64,000 nucleotides of DNA from a virus, in IMG/VR virus record IMGVR_UViG_3300042453_001086, positions 1-64,000 of that record; one strand, given 5' to 3'. The first letter of the stretch is position 1. The number at the start of each line of letters is the position of its first letter. The notes below the pieces were generated by a model. That model ran no database searches, had not been told where the DNA came from, and was given only the letters and a program-made list of their open reading frames with translations. A program made the translations under genes and the position numbers. Below, in pieces: positions 21,699 to 31,840 of this stretch.

Positions 21699-22876
21699 AG
21701 TTTAAAACCAGCGAAAGTATCTTTCTTAACATCTTGTTTAATACCTCCAATGACATAGGACTCCACCTCAGTCTCCTGTGGTGCAACTTGTAGACCCTTA
21801 GAAGACAACCAGTGCTGAGTCCAAGGCAGTGGATTATTTGACATAGGAGTATCAAACACAGGCTTCAAACCAATCGCTCTCATGCGGCGGTTGGCAATAT
21901 ACTCAACATAAGAGTTGAGTAGTTTATCATTCAATCCAATGATGCTACCATCTTTGAATAGATACTGTGCCCATGCTTTCTCTTCATCAACAGTCTTCTT
22001 AAACTGCTCTACTGTCCAGGATTCTTCTTCTTTAGCGATTTGAAGAATGTCTGGGTCATCTCCATTAAGCCAGTTTTTGATAATGTTTTGCGTAAGGACA
22101 AGATGCTGGCTTTCGTCTCTGGCGATGAGAGAGATAATCTTAGCGGATCCCTCCATAAGCTTAAGTTCGCCAAAAGCGAACGAACACGCGAACGAAACAT
22201 AAAATCTAATCCCCTCTAAAATGTTTACGTTAATCACAGCGCGATAGAGTTTACGCTTCAACTCATAGAGAGTCTCCTTAGCAGCAGGCACACCTTCTAG
22301 TTGATGTTGCCACTGATTACCCGACGAGTAATCTTGTGCTGCTTGAATGAAATCATCATACGCTTCAGTTACACTCTTCGCCCTATCAAGGATATTCTGG
22401 TCATCAAGGATAGTATCAAATACTTCTGATGGATCAGAATAGATATTCTTAATAATGTATGTATAAGAGCGGGAGTGAATCATCTCCATTGTCTCCCAGA
22501 TAGTCATCGCTGACTCTAGTTCTGGGAGAGAGCAGTAGGGAATGAATGCCATGCCAGGACCGCGACCCTGCACAGAGTCAAGCATAATCTGATACTTTAG
22601 ATTAGAAGTATAGATATGCTTTTGCTCTGGGCGAAGTTGTGCATAGTCTGCACGATCCTTTTGGAGGGAGACCTCCTCAGGTCTCCAAAAGTATCCCAGT
22701 TGCTGTTGAGTTAGCTTGTCGAAGATAGGATACTTGTAGGTATCATATCTCTGAATCCCCAAAGGAGCACCGAAGAACATCGGTTGCTTTTTAATATCAA
22801 CCTGTTTGGTGTTGAATACAGTCATACCTTCTACGCTGGGTGTGTTTTCGGTTAGTTCAAATCTTGCAACTGTCAC
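21695..22876 (-). CDS. nrdB: Ribonucleotide reductase class Ia beta subunit
   Basis: FWRPEEVSL, EMIHSRSY, LEGIRFYVSF and DESQH motifs. Confidence 0.97.
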   Translation of the reverse strand: MTVARFELTENTPSVEGMTVFNTKQVDIKKQPMFFGAPLGIQRYDTYKYPIFDKLTQQQLGYFWRPEEVSLQKDRADYAQLRPEQKHIYTSNLKYQIMLDSVQGRGPGMAFIPYCSLPELESAMTIWETMEMIHSRSYTYIIKNIYSDPSEVFDTILDDQNILDRAKSVTEAYDDFIQAAQDYSSGNQWQHQLEGVPAAKETLYELKRKLYRAVINVNILEGIRFYVSFACSFAFGELKLMEGSAKIISLIARDESQHLVLTQNIIKNWLNGDDPDILQIAKEEESWTVEQFKKTVDEEKAWAQYLFKDGSIIGLNDKLLNSYVEYIANRRMRAIGLKPVFDTPMSNNPLPWTQHWLSSKGLQVAPQETEVESYVIGGIKQDVKKDTFAGFKL

Positions 22877-25184
22877 AATCTTCCTCCTCCTGTGCTCCTT
22901 CTAAGATCGAGTTAAGTAAACTTTCTACTGATTTTTTCTTTTCGTCATCATCAGCATCATCTTTCTTAATATCATATGTGTTCTGATAATAAGATGTCTT
23001 CCATCCATACTTGTAAGTGTTAAGTAGATCTTGTGCCATTACCGACACAGGAACTTCATTATCGGCATAATGCTCTGGGTTATACGACCAGTTACCACTA
23101 ATCGCCTGATCAAAGAACTTCTGCATAACAGCGACAATATTGATATAACCAGTATTGTCAGGCATATCCCAAAGAAGCGTATAAGCATTCTTAAGGCTTT
23201 GATACTGAGGGACAATCTGCTTGAGAACGCCCTTCTTCGACTTCTTAACGGACAAGAATGCACGGGGAGGTTCGATTCCGTTTGTCTCATTTGACACAAC
23301 GGAACTGCTCTCCGAAGGCATTTGTGCGGACAGTGTTGAGTTCCTAAGACCGTGTTGTTTAATAGATGCCCTGAGAGATTCCCAATCATAATGGAGAACG
23401 TTTGGTACGAGTTCGTCTACGTCTTTCTTGTATGTATCGATTGGGAGAATCCCATCAGCATACTTCGTGCGATCAAAGTAACCACACTTACCTTTTTCAA
23501 TGGCAAGTTGATTAGAAGCCTTCAACAGATAATACTGGAATGCTTCAGTCAGACCATGAACGATGTGTGCTGCTGCTCCATCAGAATACTTAACTTGATG
23601 CCTAGCAAGGAAGTGAGCAAGACCGATATAACCAATGCCCAGCGAGCGGCGGTTACGGGTGGATGCTTCAGCAGCAACCACAGGATACTCTTGGTAGTCA
23701 ATCAACTCGTCTAGCGCCCTCACAGAGAGGTCACAGAGTTCTTCTAGGTCATCTAGGTGCTTAATCTTACCTACGTTGACAGCAGACAGAATGCACAGGG
23801 CAATCTCGCCATTGATATCATCAATGTGCTGTAGCGGATTGGTGGGCAGTGTAATCTCTTGGCAGAGGTTACTCATCCAAACCTTATCTTTGAAGGAAGA
23901 ATGCTCATTGCAGTGGTCGATATTCATAATGTAGATACGACCAGTCTCTGCTCTCTCCTTTAGGAGTGAAAGAAGTAGTGCTTGAGCGCCAATAGTTTTT
24001 CTTGGAATAGAAGTATCTCGTTCGTAAGCATTGTATAACTCATCAAATCCAGCAAGACCAAAAGCATCAGACAAGCCTGGAACGTCGTGTGGTGAGAAGA
24101 GAGTGATGTCTTCGTTACGGATGAATCGTTCATAGAACAGTTTGCTGATTTGAATACTGTAGTCTAACTTACGAACGCGGTTATCCTCTGTTCCTTTGTT
24201 ATTTTTTAATACTAGGATATCCTCTATTTCCCTGTGCCAGATTGGGAAGTGTACTGTTGCGCTTCCGCCTCGTATGCCATTTTGCGTACAGCAACGGACA
24301 GTCGCTTCAAACTTTTTGAGAAACGGTATAACACCAGTGTGGCTGACTTCACCGCCTCTAATCTTGCTGTTGAGAGCACGGATTCTGCCTGCGTTGATAC
24401 CGATGCCCGCCCTTTGAGCAACATAGCGACCAATAGCCATGTCGCTACTGAAGATGCTATCAAGGGTGTCATCAGAATCAACCAACACACAACTAGCGAA
24501 CTGTCGCAGAGGCGTCCTAACTCCCGCCAGGATGGGAGTTGGCACGTTGATTTTGTGCTTGCTGATTGCGTCATAGTATCGCTTGACATAAGATAGACGA
24601 TTTACCTGAGGATACTCTGCGAAGATGGTTGCTGAAACCAACATATAAGCGTATTGTGGTGTCTCAAAGACACTTCCGCTGCTTCTATCCTGCACCAGAT
24701 ATTTATCTACTACTTGGCGAAGACCAGCATAAGTAAACAAATAGTCACGGTCATGGTCAATGAAACTATTAATCTTATCCCACTCCTCATCAGTATACTT
24801 GCCAGCAAGTTCCTTGTCATAGATACCTTTGATGATACCTTTGGTTAGGTGCTCTCCTACTGAGGGGAAACCGTGCTTCCAATCATTTCCAAAGACTTGC
24901 TTATATAGACCGAACAGGAGAAGACGAGCAGCAACAAACTGATAGTTTGGAGAGTCAAGGTCAATAAGGTCACTAGCTGACCTAACAAGGATTTCTTGGA
25001 TTTCATTAGTGCTGATGCCATCATAAAACTGAATGCCTGATTGTATTTCTACTTGAGATGGTGACACACCAGCAAGACCACCACAAGCACATTCTACCAT
25101 GCTATGAATCTTATCAAGGTTAAGAGATTCTGTAGACCCATCACGCTTTTTAACTTTGATTCCGTTGCTCATATTTTCTTCCAA
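22857..25184 (-). CDS. nrdA: Ribonucleotide reductase class Ia alpha subunit (no intein)
   Basis: ATP cone; SNLCQEI; C-terminal CDSCKI. Confidence 0.97.
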   Translation of the reverse strand: MEENMSNGIKVKKRDGSTESLNLDKIHSMVECACGGLAGVSPSQVEIQSGIQFYDGISTNEIQEILVRSASDLIDLDSPNYQFVAARLLLFGLYKQVFGNDWKHGFPSVGEHLTKGIIKGIYDKELAGKYTDEEWDKINSFIDHDRDYLFTYAGLRQVVDKYLVQDRSSGSVFETPQYAYMLVSATIFAEYPQVNRLSYVKRYYDAISKHKINVPTPILAGVRTPLRQFASCVLVDSDDTLDSIFSSDMAIGRYVAQRAGIGINAGRIRALNSKIRGGEVSHTGVIPFLKKFEATVRCCTQNGIRGGSATVHFPIWHREIEDILVLKNNKGTEDNRVRKLDYSIQISKLFYERFIRNEDITLFSPHDVPGLSDAFGLAGFDELYNAYERDTSIPRKTIGAQALLLSLLKERAETGRIYIMNIDHCNEHSSFKDKVWMSNLCQEITLPTNPLQHIDDINGEIALCILSAVNVGKIKHLDDLEELCDLSVRALDELIDYQEYPVVAAEASTRNRRSLGIGYIGLAHFLARHQVKYSDGAAAHIVHGLTEAFQYYLLKASNQLAIEKGKCGYFDRTKYADGILPIDTYKKDVDELVPNVLHYDWESLRASIKQHGLRNSTLSAQMPSESSSVVSNETNGIEPPRAFLSVKKSKKGVLKQIVPQYQSLKNAYTLLWDMPDNTGYINIVAVMQKFFDQAISGNWSYNPEHYADNEVPVSVMAQDLLNTYKYGWKTSYYQNTYDIKKDDADDDEKKKSVESLLNSILEGAQEEEDCDSCKI

Positions 25185-26155
25185 AGATTAAGTTTTACTT
25201 TTGCTTCTAAACCAGAATAGGTATTACATTCTACCATAGACTGAACATCATGTCCAGCGAGAATCATGTCATTGATATCTTTTTCTTTGACTGAATCTGG
25301 CCAGATTACTATCTTATTTCCGTGCTGTATGGTTTTGTTAATACGTTCGACGATTTGTTTATTTCGTGGTTCGTTATCGTATATCCAAGTAACATTGTCA
25401 ATGCCGAGGTCGCCAAGATGAACATCTGCACCACACATAGCAAGTGAGTTGCGTATGAAGAGTGAGTCAAATGGTCCTTCGGTAATATAGATGTTTTCAT
25501 TTTTGTTTATACGATCAAGTCCAAATAGTTTAGGGTATTTCTTATCCAAGATGGTAGTGATATAGCGAAGGCTTGCATTCTTATTAAGAGACCTTGCTTG
25601 ATATCCGAATACATTTCCATCTTCCGAGATTAGTGGGAGTATAATTCTAGGTTCTTTAATTGTATTTTTATTATTCTCCCAGGCGTTGAAGTCTTCTGCA
25701 TAATAGAAGTTTGAGTAAAATGACTCTGGTATCTTTCGGTTGAGCAGATATTGCTTTGCTGGGTGTGTAGTATTTAGTGATTCGATAGTTGGGAGTTCAC
25801 TAAAAATGTTCTTCTTGAACACTGGTTTAGCAGTGAATGGTTTGAAGTCAGGCGTCTTTACCTGATAGTTCTTACCTGTCATTCCCTCCTTATAACGCTC
25901 CAACACATACTCATCATGGAGCATAGTGTTTTGATCTTTCAGAAACTGAGCGAAGTTACGAGTCACACCACAGTTATGGCACTTGAAAACAAAACTATCC
26001 CTCATGGTGAAGAGATAGCCTCGTGCTTTATTCTGCTTCTTCTCGGAGTCACCACAGTAGGGACAGCGGAAGTTGTATGTTCCTTTCTTTTTCTCGGTAA
26101 ACTTAAGGAGTTGCGAAGAGACCAAACCAATGTATTTGGTGTCAATGTAGTTCAT
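25169..26155 (-). CDS. gp61: DNA primase
   Basis: Zn ribbon CPYCGDS...CHNC; TOPRIM EGPFDS. Confidence 0.95.
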   Translation of the reverse strand: MNYIDTKYIGLVSSQLLKFTEKKKGTYNFRCPYCGDSEKKQNKARGYLFTMRDSFVFKCHNCGVTRNFAQFLKDQNTMLHDEYVLERYKEGMTGKNYQVKTPDFKPFTAKPVFKKNIFSELPTIESLNTTHPAKQYLLNRKIPESFYSNFYYAEDFNAWENNKNTIKEPRIILPLISEDGNVFGYQARSLNKNASLRYITTILDKKYPKLFGLDRINKNENIYITEGPFDSLFIRNSLAMCGADVHLGDLGIDNVTWIYDNEPRNKQIVERINKTIQHGNKIVIWPDSVKEKDINDMILAGHDVQSMVECNTYSGLEAKVKLNLWKKI

Positions 26156-26574
26156 TATCTAACGATGGTCTGCTGGTTACCCCCATTATAGTGCGATCCG
26201 AGCATGTTGTCAACAAAGGGAACGAGGAATCCAACCAGCAAAACAGCAGCGCCCACAAGAGCCGCTGCCTGCCACTTGAACTTTGATAACTCGTTAACGT
26301 TATTTTCAACTGTCTCCAGTCTTTTGATAACTGAAGCATGTTCTATTGAGTTTTGGTGCTTGACATCCTCAATCATTTTAATAATGAGTTCGTCTGTTTT
26401 TATGCTTTGTTCAATACGTTCATCATGTTTTGTCAGAATGTTAGCAATACGCTGATTTGCATCAGAGATTTTATCTACTGCTGTTTCCAACTTGTCTAGC
26501 ATCTCCCTTGAGAGTGATTCGTAGATGTTTAATTTAGATTCCAATACATCTAGTTTTGAGTTTCCGTTAAACAT
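26155..26574 (-). CDS. Coiled-coil protein with C-terminal TM
   Basis: MFNGNSKLDVLESKL...KWQAAALVGAAVLLVG; start trimmed. Confidence 0.7.
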   Translation of the reverse strand: MFNGNSKLDVLESKLNIYESLSREMLDKLETAVDKISDANQRIANILTKHDERIEQSIKTDELIIKMIEDVKHQNSIEHASVIKRLETVENNVNELSKFKWQAAALVGAAVLLVGFLVPFVDNMLGSHYNGGNQQTIVR

Positions 26575-26587
26575 CTCTTCCTCTGCA

Positions 26588-27334
26588 TCAAACGTTACGA
26601 ACGGCAAAGTCAAGAGCCTTTTGATAAGATGAAGCACTCATGTTTAGCATGACGCGAAACTTATCTCTGTTCTCTGGTGATAAACCTTCATAAGTTGCTA
26701 GGATTCTCTTGGCATCGAAGACACCGATTCTGCCGCCAGTGCCATCTTGGAACACAAGATTTGCAAATGATGTCTCTGGATCTCTACCCCAGCTGCTACC
26801 CTCTTCAGCAACTTTCATTGCCATAGTGAATACATCTACGCCACCAGCAGAACCAGTTCTAGGTTGAGAAATCATTTCAACTTCCTCTTTCTTCATGATT
26901 TGTTTCGATGCTCTCTGTTGCTTCTGTGCAGATTTCTTTTTGAAATCAGACATACGAGCACGAAGCAGAGTATTCATTTCATCTGACTTGTCTTGTGCTT
27001 GTTGCTTAGCAGCAGTGCGCTTTGATTGAAGTTCTCTCTTTGCTCTCATCTGCTTAGAAGCTTTGATTTGCTTCTGCGCCTTTTCGGTTTCGGATGTTGC
27101 TTCCGAAATATTTTCCATATTCTCTTCGGACATTTTAGTTGTTCTCCTAGACATTACACGTTGGATTAGTTTTCTAGCACTTTTCTTGCGACCATCAATC
27201 TTTTCATCTTTGGTCTTTTTCAAGTTTTTCTTTTTCTTTGCTGTGTTAACAAAGACAAAGGCAGGAGGAAGTGCTAGTGACGATCCATCACCTGCCATCA
27301 TTTCATTCATATTAGCATTAACATTTTTAGACAT
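26588..27334 (-). CDS. Conserved late hypothetical protein
   Basis: AGDGSSLALPPAFVFV...IDGRKK; long basic helical region. Confidence 0.75.
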   Translation of the reverse strand: MSKNVNANMNEMMAGDGSSLALPPAFVFVNTAKKKKNLKKTKDEKIDGRKKSARKLIQRVMSRRTTKMSEENMENISEATSETEKAQKQIKASKQMRAKRELQSKRTAAKQQAQDKSDEMNTLLRARMSDFKKKSAQKQQRASKQIMKKEEVEMISQPRTGSAGGVDVFTMAMKVAEEGSSWGRDPETSFANLVFQDGTGGRIGVFDAKRILATYEGLSPENRDKFRVMLNMSASSYQKALDFAVRNV

Positions 27335-27666
27335 TGCTCATCCATATCTGATTTGTCTACTTCTTCTGGCAATCTATTCAAAAATATCATAAATGCTTTC
27401 AAAATTGACCAGTATTGTGATTCTATTTTATAGAATAGAAGCAGCGTTGCTGCATCATTAAAAACATTATATAGAGTAATCATATGATTAAGAATCAAAT
27501 GATGTTTCAACTCACCTGTTGTATCATAGCGTCGAAGTAATCTCTTTATATATTTAAACTTTTGAAGGTCTTCTTCAAAGTCATCATATGTAACAGATAA
27601 CGGGTTGTTGTAGTTTTTGATTGCAAACATCAACCAGTTATCTGGAGTCAACTCATGAAAAATCAT
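27307..27666 (-). CDS. Conserved T4-like phage protein
   Basis: LMFAIKNYNNP...FEEDLQKFKYIKRLL...LILNH. Confidence 0.85.
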   Translation of the reverse strand: MIFHELTPDNWLMFAIKNYNNPLSVTYDDFEEDLQKFKYIKRLLRRYDTTGELKHHLILNHMITLYNVFNDAATLLLFYKIESQYWSILKAFMIFLNRLPEEVDKSDMDEQCLKMLMLI

Positions 27667-27672
27667 ATATCA

Positions 27673-28794
27673 TCAAGCAGCAGTTACAGTAAGAGTTGCG
27701 GTGTTGGAAATAACTTCCTCACCACCCGCAGAACCACCAACCTTAACTCTATACTTCTTACCAGTATCTGAAGTTGAGAGACCAGTAAGAGCAAGCGAAG
27801 CGGAAGTAGCACCAGAGATGTTGGTCCACTTCGTTGTAGACGCAGCAGTTTGAACTTGCCACTGATATGTTAGAGAACCAGTTGTAGCGGAAGCAGTAAC
27901 TGAGAATGTGGCAGCAGCAGTTGCAACAGTTGCAACATCAAAGGTTAGGTCAGCAGCGCCGCCACCACCTAGATCAGCATCATCAATAGTGATGGTTTCG
28001 TCAACAACGAATCCAGAACCAGCGTCATCTACAGTTACAGTAGCAGCACCAGAACCATCAACAACTACAGTAAATGTAGCGCCAGTTCCAGCAGCGTCTG
28101 TTGTGTAATCAGAAGCAGTGATGGTATATGTATCAGCAACTCTTAGTGCATCAGCAGCGCCAATAGTATCAACCGTTAGAATACCACCAGCAGGTGCTTG
28201 TGATGACTGGTTGGAAGGTTGTGCTGAAATGCTAATAGCGGATGCTACATCAGCAGCGGGATTATCTTCAGTTCCACCCTGGGCAGTACCATAGTCACCA
28301 ACAGATGCTCCAGCAGTTGCATTAGCGAATGCTAGACATTCTGCCTTATGACGAGTATTGCCATCGCCATCAGTATAGGTTCTATATGCCCACCAACCTG
28401 GCCACTTAAGACCACGAATCTTATTCTCATCTAGAGCAGCTTCAGTGTCATCAATGAAGATAAGATTTGTTCCTGTTGGGAAGTGTGCTAGTTGACCATT
28501 CTCGTCAAGAAGAAGAGTAGCAACTTCTTTTGGAGGAGTTCTGCGAATAGCATTAGCAGCAAGAACAGTTCCAGTTGAACCAGCATATGCTGTTCTGAGT
28601 TTAAGTGATGTTGCTGAAACTACTGACTCAATCGTATACTGAACACCACCAAGAGAAAGAACATCTCCATTTTGAACAAAGTTAGCGGAAGTTCTGTCAG
28701 TAAAATCACCAGTTGTTGTTACTGTCGTGCTGCCATTTACAACACTAACATTATTTGCCAACGCCTTCGCGTCGATTGTTCCGAAAATTGCCAT
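27673..28794 (-). CDS. Virion structural protein with a C-terminal Ig-like domain
   Basis: LTYQWQ...ISGATSASLALTGL...KYRV Ig motif; late promoter at 28830-28836. Confidence 0.8.
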   Translation of the reverse strand: MAIFGTIDAKALANNVSVVNGSTTVTTTGDFTDRTSANFVQNGDVLSLGGVQYTIESVVSATSLKLRTAYAGSTGTVLAANAIRRTPPKEVATLLLDENGQLAHFPTGTNLIFIDDTEAALDENKIRGLKWPGWWAYRTYTDGDGNTRHKAECLAFANATAGASVGDYGTAQGGTEDNPAADVASAISISAQPSNQSSQAPAGGILTVDTIGAADALRVADTYTITASDYTTDAAGTGATFTVVVDGSGAATVTVDDAGSGFVVDETITIDDADLGGGGAADLTFDVATVATAAATFSVTASATTGSLTYQWQVQTAASTTKWTNISGATSASLALTGLSTSDTGKKYRVKVGGSAGGEEVISNTATLTVTAA

Positions 28795-28836
28795 CGGTTT
28801 CCTCTATAAAATATTCGTATTCTAAAAAGTATTTAT

Positions 28837-28862
28837 AAAAAAAGGGATGCCTAAGCATCCCC
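28837..28862 (-). terminator. Intrinsic terminator adjacent to a late promoter
   Basis: GGGATGC-TTAG-GCATCCC followed by a U-tract. Confidence 0.8.
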
Positions 28863-28882
28863 AAGACACTTATGATTTTTTA

Positions 28883-29053
28883 TCAGCAACCCTTCATAAG
28901 CGCAACTCTTACTGTTGATGCGATTACATTGTCAACATCGTTGTCGGTCTTCTCAACATATCTGTCAAGTAGATCACATACGAGTCTCTTTGTGTGGCAG
29001 CTGTTGAGTGCTGCGAAGATGATTGGTTTTACTAGTTCTACGATTGCGCCCAT
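28883..29053 (-). CDS. Small conserved protein, 56 aa (absent from ORF track)
   Basis: MGAIVELVKPIIFAALNSCHTKRLVCDLLDRYVEKTDNDVDNVIA; GAGG SD. Confidence 0.75.
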   Translation of the reverse strand: MGAIVELVKPIIFAALNSCHTKRLVCDLLDRYVEKTDNDVDNVIASTVRVALMKGC

Positions 29054-29080
29054 GATAGTATCCTCTAATAGAGTTTAAAG

Positions 29081-29782
29081 CTATTTAGCAGATTTTTTTG
29101 CCATGGCAGTAGCAGTTCCATACATCACATCTTTTGCTCTCTCGCCATACTTAGATTTAAAAGAACCAAACTTCTTTTTCATTCCTTTAACAAATTTTTC
29201 TTTCTTGGCAGTTTCTGCTTTCGAGAGTTTTTTCTCTTCAAGAGGTTCTACCTCTTCTTTCATTTTCTTTTTCTTTTCATCATACTTTGAGTTCTTGGCA
29301 TCGGAAGAAATCTCACTGCTTTCCTTTTCACCTTGCTCAGTAGGATTGTCATTGATGGTTGGCATCACTTCAATCTTTGTTTTGTTTTTTGCCTCGGCAA
29401 TATCAGCAGCCTGTTGCCACATTTCCTTGACTGACTTCTTACCTTTCTTAGCACGAAGTAGAGCAAAGTCATGAGCATCTACCTTGCCGTTCTTATTGGC
29501 ATCAATCTTCTCTTGATTGCCAGGCATGTCTCTTGCTTCTTTCTTTAACTCTTTTTTCTCTTCTGCCTTACCTTCCTTATGCTTTTTCTCTCCCTTCTCT
29601 TCTTTCTCCACTTCTTCAGATTTTACACACTTGTCTTTACCATTTTTAGTACCAGCATACTTGTATCCATCCCAACAAGCTTTGCCGTCAGCACCTTGCT
29701 CTTTTCCTTCTTTGTTTTTTGCTTCATCTAGTTCAGCAACTACTTGCTCAATAAGATTTTTTGAAAAATCATCAATCGTCAT
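29081..29782 (-). CDS. Highly charged late protein with an EF-hand-like motif
   Basis: CWDGYKYAGTK..C; IDANKNGKVDAHDF; K/E-rich. Confidence 0.75.
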   Translation of the reverse strand: MTIDDFSKNLIEQVVAELDEAKNKEGKEQGADGKACWDGYKYAGTKNGKDKCVKSEEVEKEEKGEKKHKEGKAEEKKELKKEARDMPGNQEKIDANKNGKVDAHDFALLRAKKGKKSVKEMWQQAADIAEAKNKTKIEVMPTINDNPTEQGEKESSEISSDAKNSKYDEKKKKMKEEVEPLEEKKLSKAETAKKEKFVKGMKKKFGSFKSKYGERAKDVMYGTATAMAKKSAK

Positions 29783-30065
29783 TGGTCTTTTTGCGTTTAT
29801 TCTTATTTATAAAATGCTGCACTTTTTCTTTGTTTGTTACTGTTATTTCATTGCTACTGTCACCCCAATATTCTTTAATATCTTTTACCCACGAACGAAA
29901 CATCTTTCCTTCAGTAGTGACAGCAATAACATAGTTGACACCACGGCGATGAATCTTTCCAACCTCCCCCATATTATTTTCTACCCAATCACCCTCGGCA
30001 AATACTTTACCGAGCATGTAAGATTTCTGTTTCGATTGCTGTAATAGATCTTTAAGTGATTTCAT
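29772..30065 (-). CDS. Small protein (SH3-like beta domain) coupled to the cytidyltransferase-like gene
   Basis: VFAEGDWVE...GKIHRRGVNYVI...FRSWVKDI; ATGA overlap. Confidence 0.7.
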   Translation of the reverse strand: MKSLKDLLQQSKQKSYMLGKVFAEGDWVENNMGEVGKIHRRGVNYVIAVTTEGKMFRSWVKDIKEYWGDSSNEITVTNKEKVQHFINKNKRKKTNDD

Positions 30066-30616
30066 TTAATACCCAATCCTTCTCTAACTTCTTTCATTAG
30101 TTGCATCATTTCTTTATCGTCTAAAGTAGATGGTATGCCTTTACGAAACTCAGCAACGTTTGCATTCGTTGCTGCTTCTCTCATTTTGCTAGCAGACATT
30201 CCAGTTGCCCCATCAGCATCAGGATCTCTTTCGCCAGCAGATTTTGTTTCAAGAGTTCTAAATGTATACTCTGTTTCATTATAACGTTGAATCAAAGTAT
30301 CCATTTCCTGCACACGATCACTACCAACAACAAGAGTAAGATCCGAATATTCTCCTTGCAAGCTCTGAAGAACTTTGATGATAGTCTTCAGATCAGTATC
30401 AAGCATGATATTATTTTTGTGTTTTGGAAACATCTTTTTCATGTATCCTACTTTCTGCTCAGAAGATAAAGGATTCTTCTTCTTGTCTTTGGTGTGACTA
30501 GTAAAGATTTTATAGTCATCGGTTCCTGCAATCTTTGCCACAGCATCAATCAGTTTTTCATGACCGATGGTAGGAGGATTGAATCGACCGAAAGTGATGA
30601 CTACTCTCTTAAACAT
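30062..30616 (-). CDS. Cytidyltransferase-like (HIGH nucleotidyltransferase) protein
   Basis: TFGRFNPPTIGHEKL; VVGSDR; GMSASKMR. Confidence 0.9.
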   Translation of the reverse strand: MFKRVVITFGRFNPPTIGHEKLIDAVAKIAGTDDYKIFTSHTKDKKKNPLSSEQKVGYMKKMFPKHKNNIMLDTDLKTIIKVLQSLQGEYSDLTLVVGSDRVQEMDTLIQRYNETEYTFRTLETKSAGERDPDADGATGMSASKMREAATNANVAEFRKGIPSTLDDKEMMQLMKEVREGLGIK

Positions 30617-30628
30617 TTTTATTAGTAT

Positions 30629-31840
30629 TTAGTTTCCCTTAACCCAGTTCTTTGCGAGAGTAAAGTTTGCCAAACTAAACTCCAAACGATCAACAAGCTT
30701 AGTAGCATTTCCATCTTTAATAGCAACAAATCCTTCAGGAGCAGTAACACGGAATCCATCTTCAGTGCGAAGGAACGTGCGAGTGCTATCAGCAGATTCC
30801 AGTTTCTTCACGAACAGATTCTTGGCATTCTGAAGGATGACATAGAGAGTGATCGTTGCCTTGAACCCAGCGATGTTGGAATCCACGAACTCGATACCAT
30901 CATAGAGTTTCTTCAGTTTAGCAGCCTTGGTCTTCTCCTGCTTCACTTTGTTAACTTCCTTCATCATAGTCTCATGATAAGCATTTTTAAAGTCATCGAT
31001 GAAACGATTAACATTACTAATGCGTTTTCCTTCTCTCACATAAGTATTGAAGTAAGTTTTTAAACGAGTGCCAACACTAAAGTTATCCTTGGAGTTGATC
31101 TGTTCAGAAATCTCATCCAAGAAAGATCCTGCGTTGCGAAGAGCAGTAGGAGCAGTTCTCTTCATGTTACTGAGATTTCTTTTCTCAGAAGCATTGAGAA
31201 TCATATTACTTCCTAGAGTATCCACCTCAGCACTGATTACAAACACATCATCAGTCTTGCTAAACTTACTGATGTCAACTCCGAAGGTAGCATTAGAAGT
31301 TGCGATGCTAGAACCAACATATCGAGTGTGAAACACTACACCGATCTTAGCTCGCTTTGCTTTTTTGTATGCCTCAGTTCCTTTAGGGATAGCATAGGTA
31401 ATAGTGTTAGGAGTAAAGGTGAGATAATCCACACCATCAATCTTCTCTTCTTTAGCATCATCGGTAAACAACAAGTCACCTTGAATGATTCCTTTGATAC
31501 CAAGTTTAGGGAAATGCTCTAATGCTACTTTAAGTTTCTCTACAAGACCAGGAGAGTTGCCGTGGTTTGCTTCGATAAAAGTATCATTGTAATTAATCTT
31601 AGGTTCAGTTTTATTGAAAACAGATTTTGTTCCAACAAAAAACATATTAGTTTCTGGATCAATACCGCAAATTACAGCAGGTGCTCCATCCCACTTAGTA
31701 GTGATTTTAAAGTTACTGGTTTGAGTTCCACTAAAAGTCTTAGTCAGTGCATCAAGAAACGCGAACGCATCGTTCGCACCTTCTTTGCCATCAAACAAGA
31801 TGCTATCTTCTAAGTGTTCTAAGTGAGTGTTCTTGCTCAT
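30629..31840 (-). CDS. Conserved T4-like phage protein (DUF6267-type)
   Basis: KNTHLEHLED...TTKWDGAPA...PEGFVA...KLVDRLEFS..NF. Confidence 0.85.
   Translation of the reverse strand: MSKNTHLEHLEDSILFDGKEGANDAFAFLDALTKTFSGTQTSNFKITTKWDGAPAVICGIDPETNMFFVGTKSVFNKTEPKINYNDTFIEANHGNSPGLVEKLKVALEHFPKLGIKGIIQGDLLFTDDAKEEKIDGVDYLTFTPNTITYAIPKGTEAYKKAKRAKIGVVFHTRYVGSSIATSNATFGVDISKFSKTDDVFVISAEVDTLGSNMILNASEKRNLSNMKRTAPTALRNAGSFLDEISEQINSKDNFSVGTRLKTYFNTYVREGKRISNVNRFIDDFKNAYHETMMKEVNKVKQEKTKAAKLKKLYDGIEFVDSNIAGFKATITLYVILQNAKNLFVKKLESADSTRTFLRTEDGFRVTAPEGFVAIKDGNATKLVDRLEFSLANFTLAKNWVKGN

Noticed and set aside
21556-21855. 99-aa ORF overlapping the nrdB end
   Set aside because: Wrong frame. A 48-aa GTG-start ORF (21552..21698) coupled to the nrdB stop is more plausible.
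28872-29078. 68-aa ORF MIFYQQ... in the track
   Set aside because: That peptide reads from the plus strand and is a shadow of the SD-supported minus-strand gene 28883..29053.
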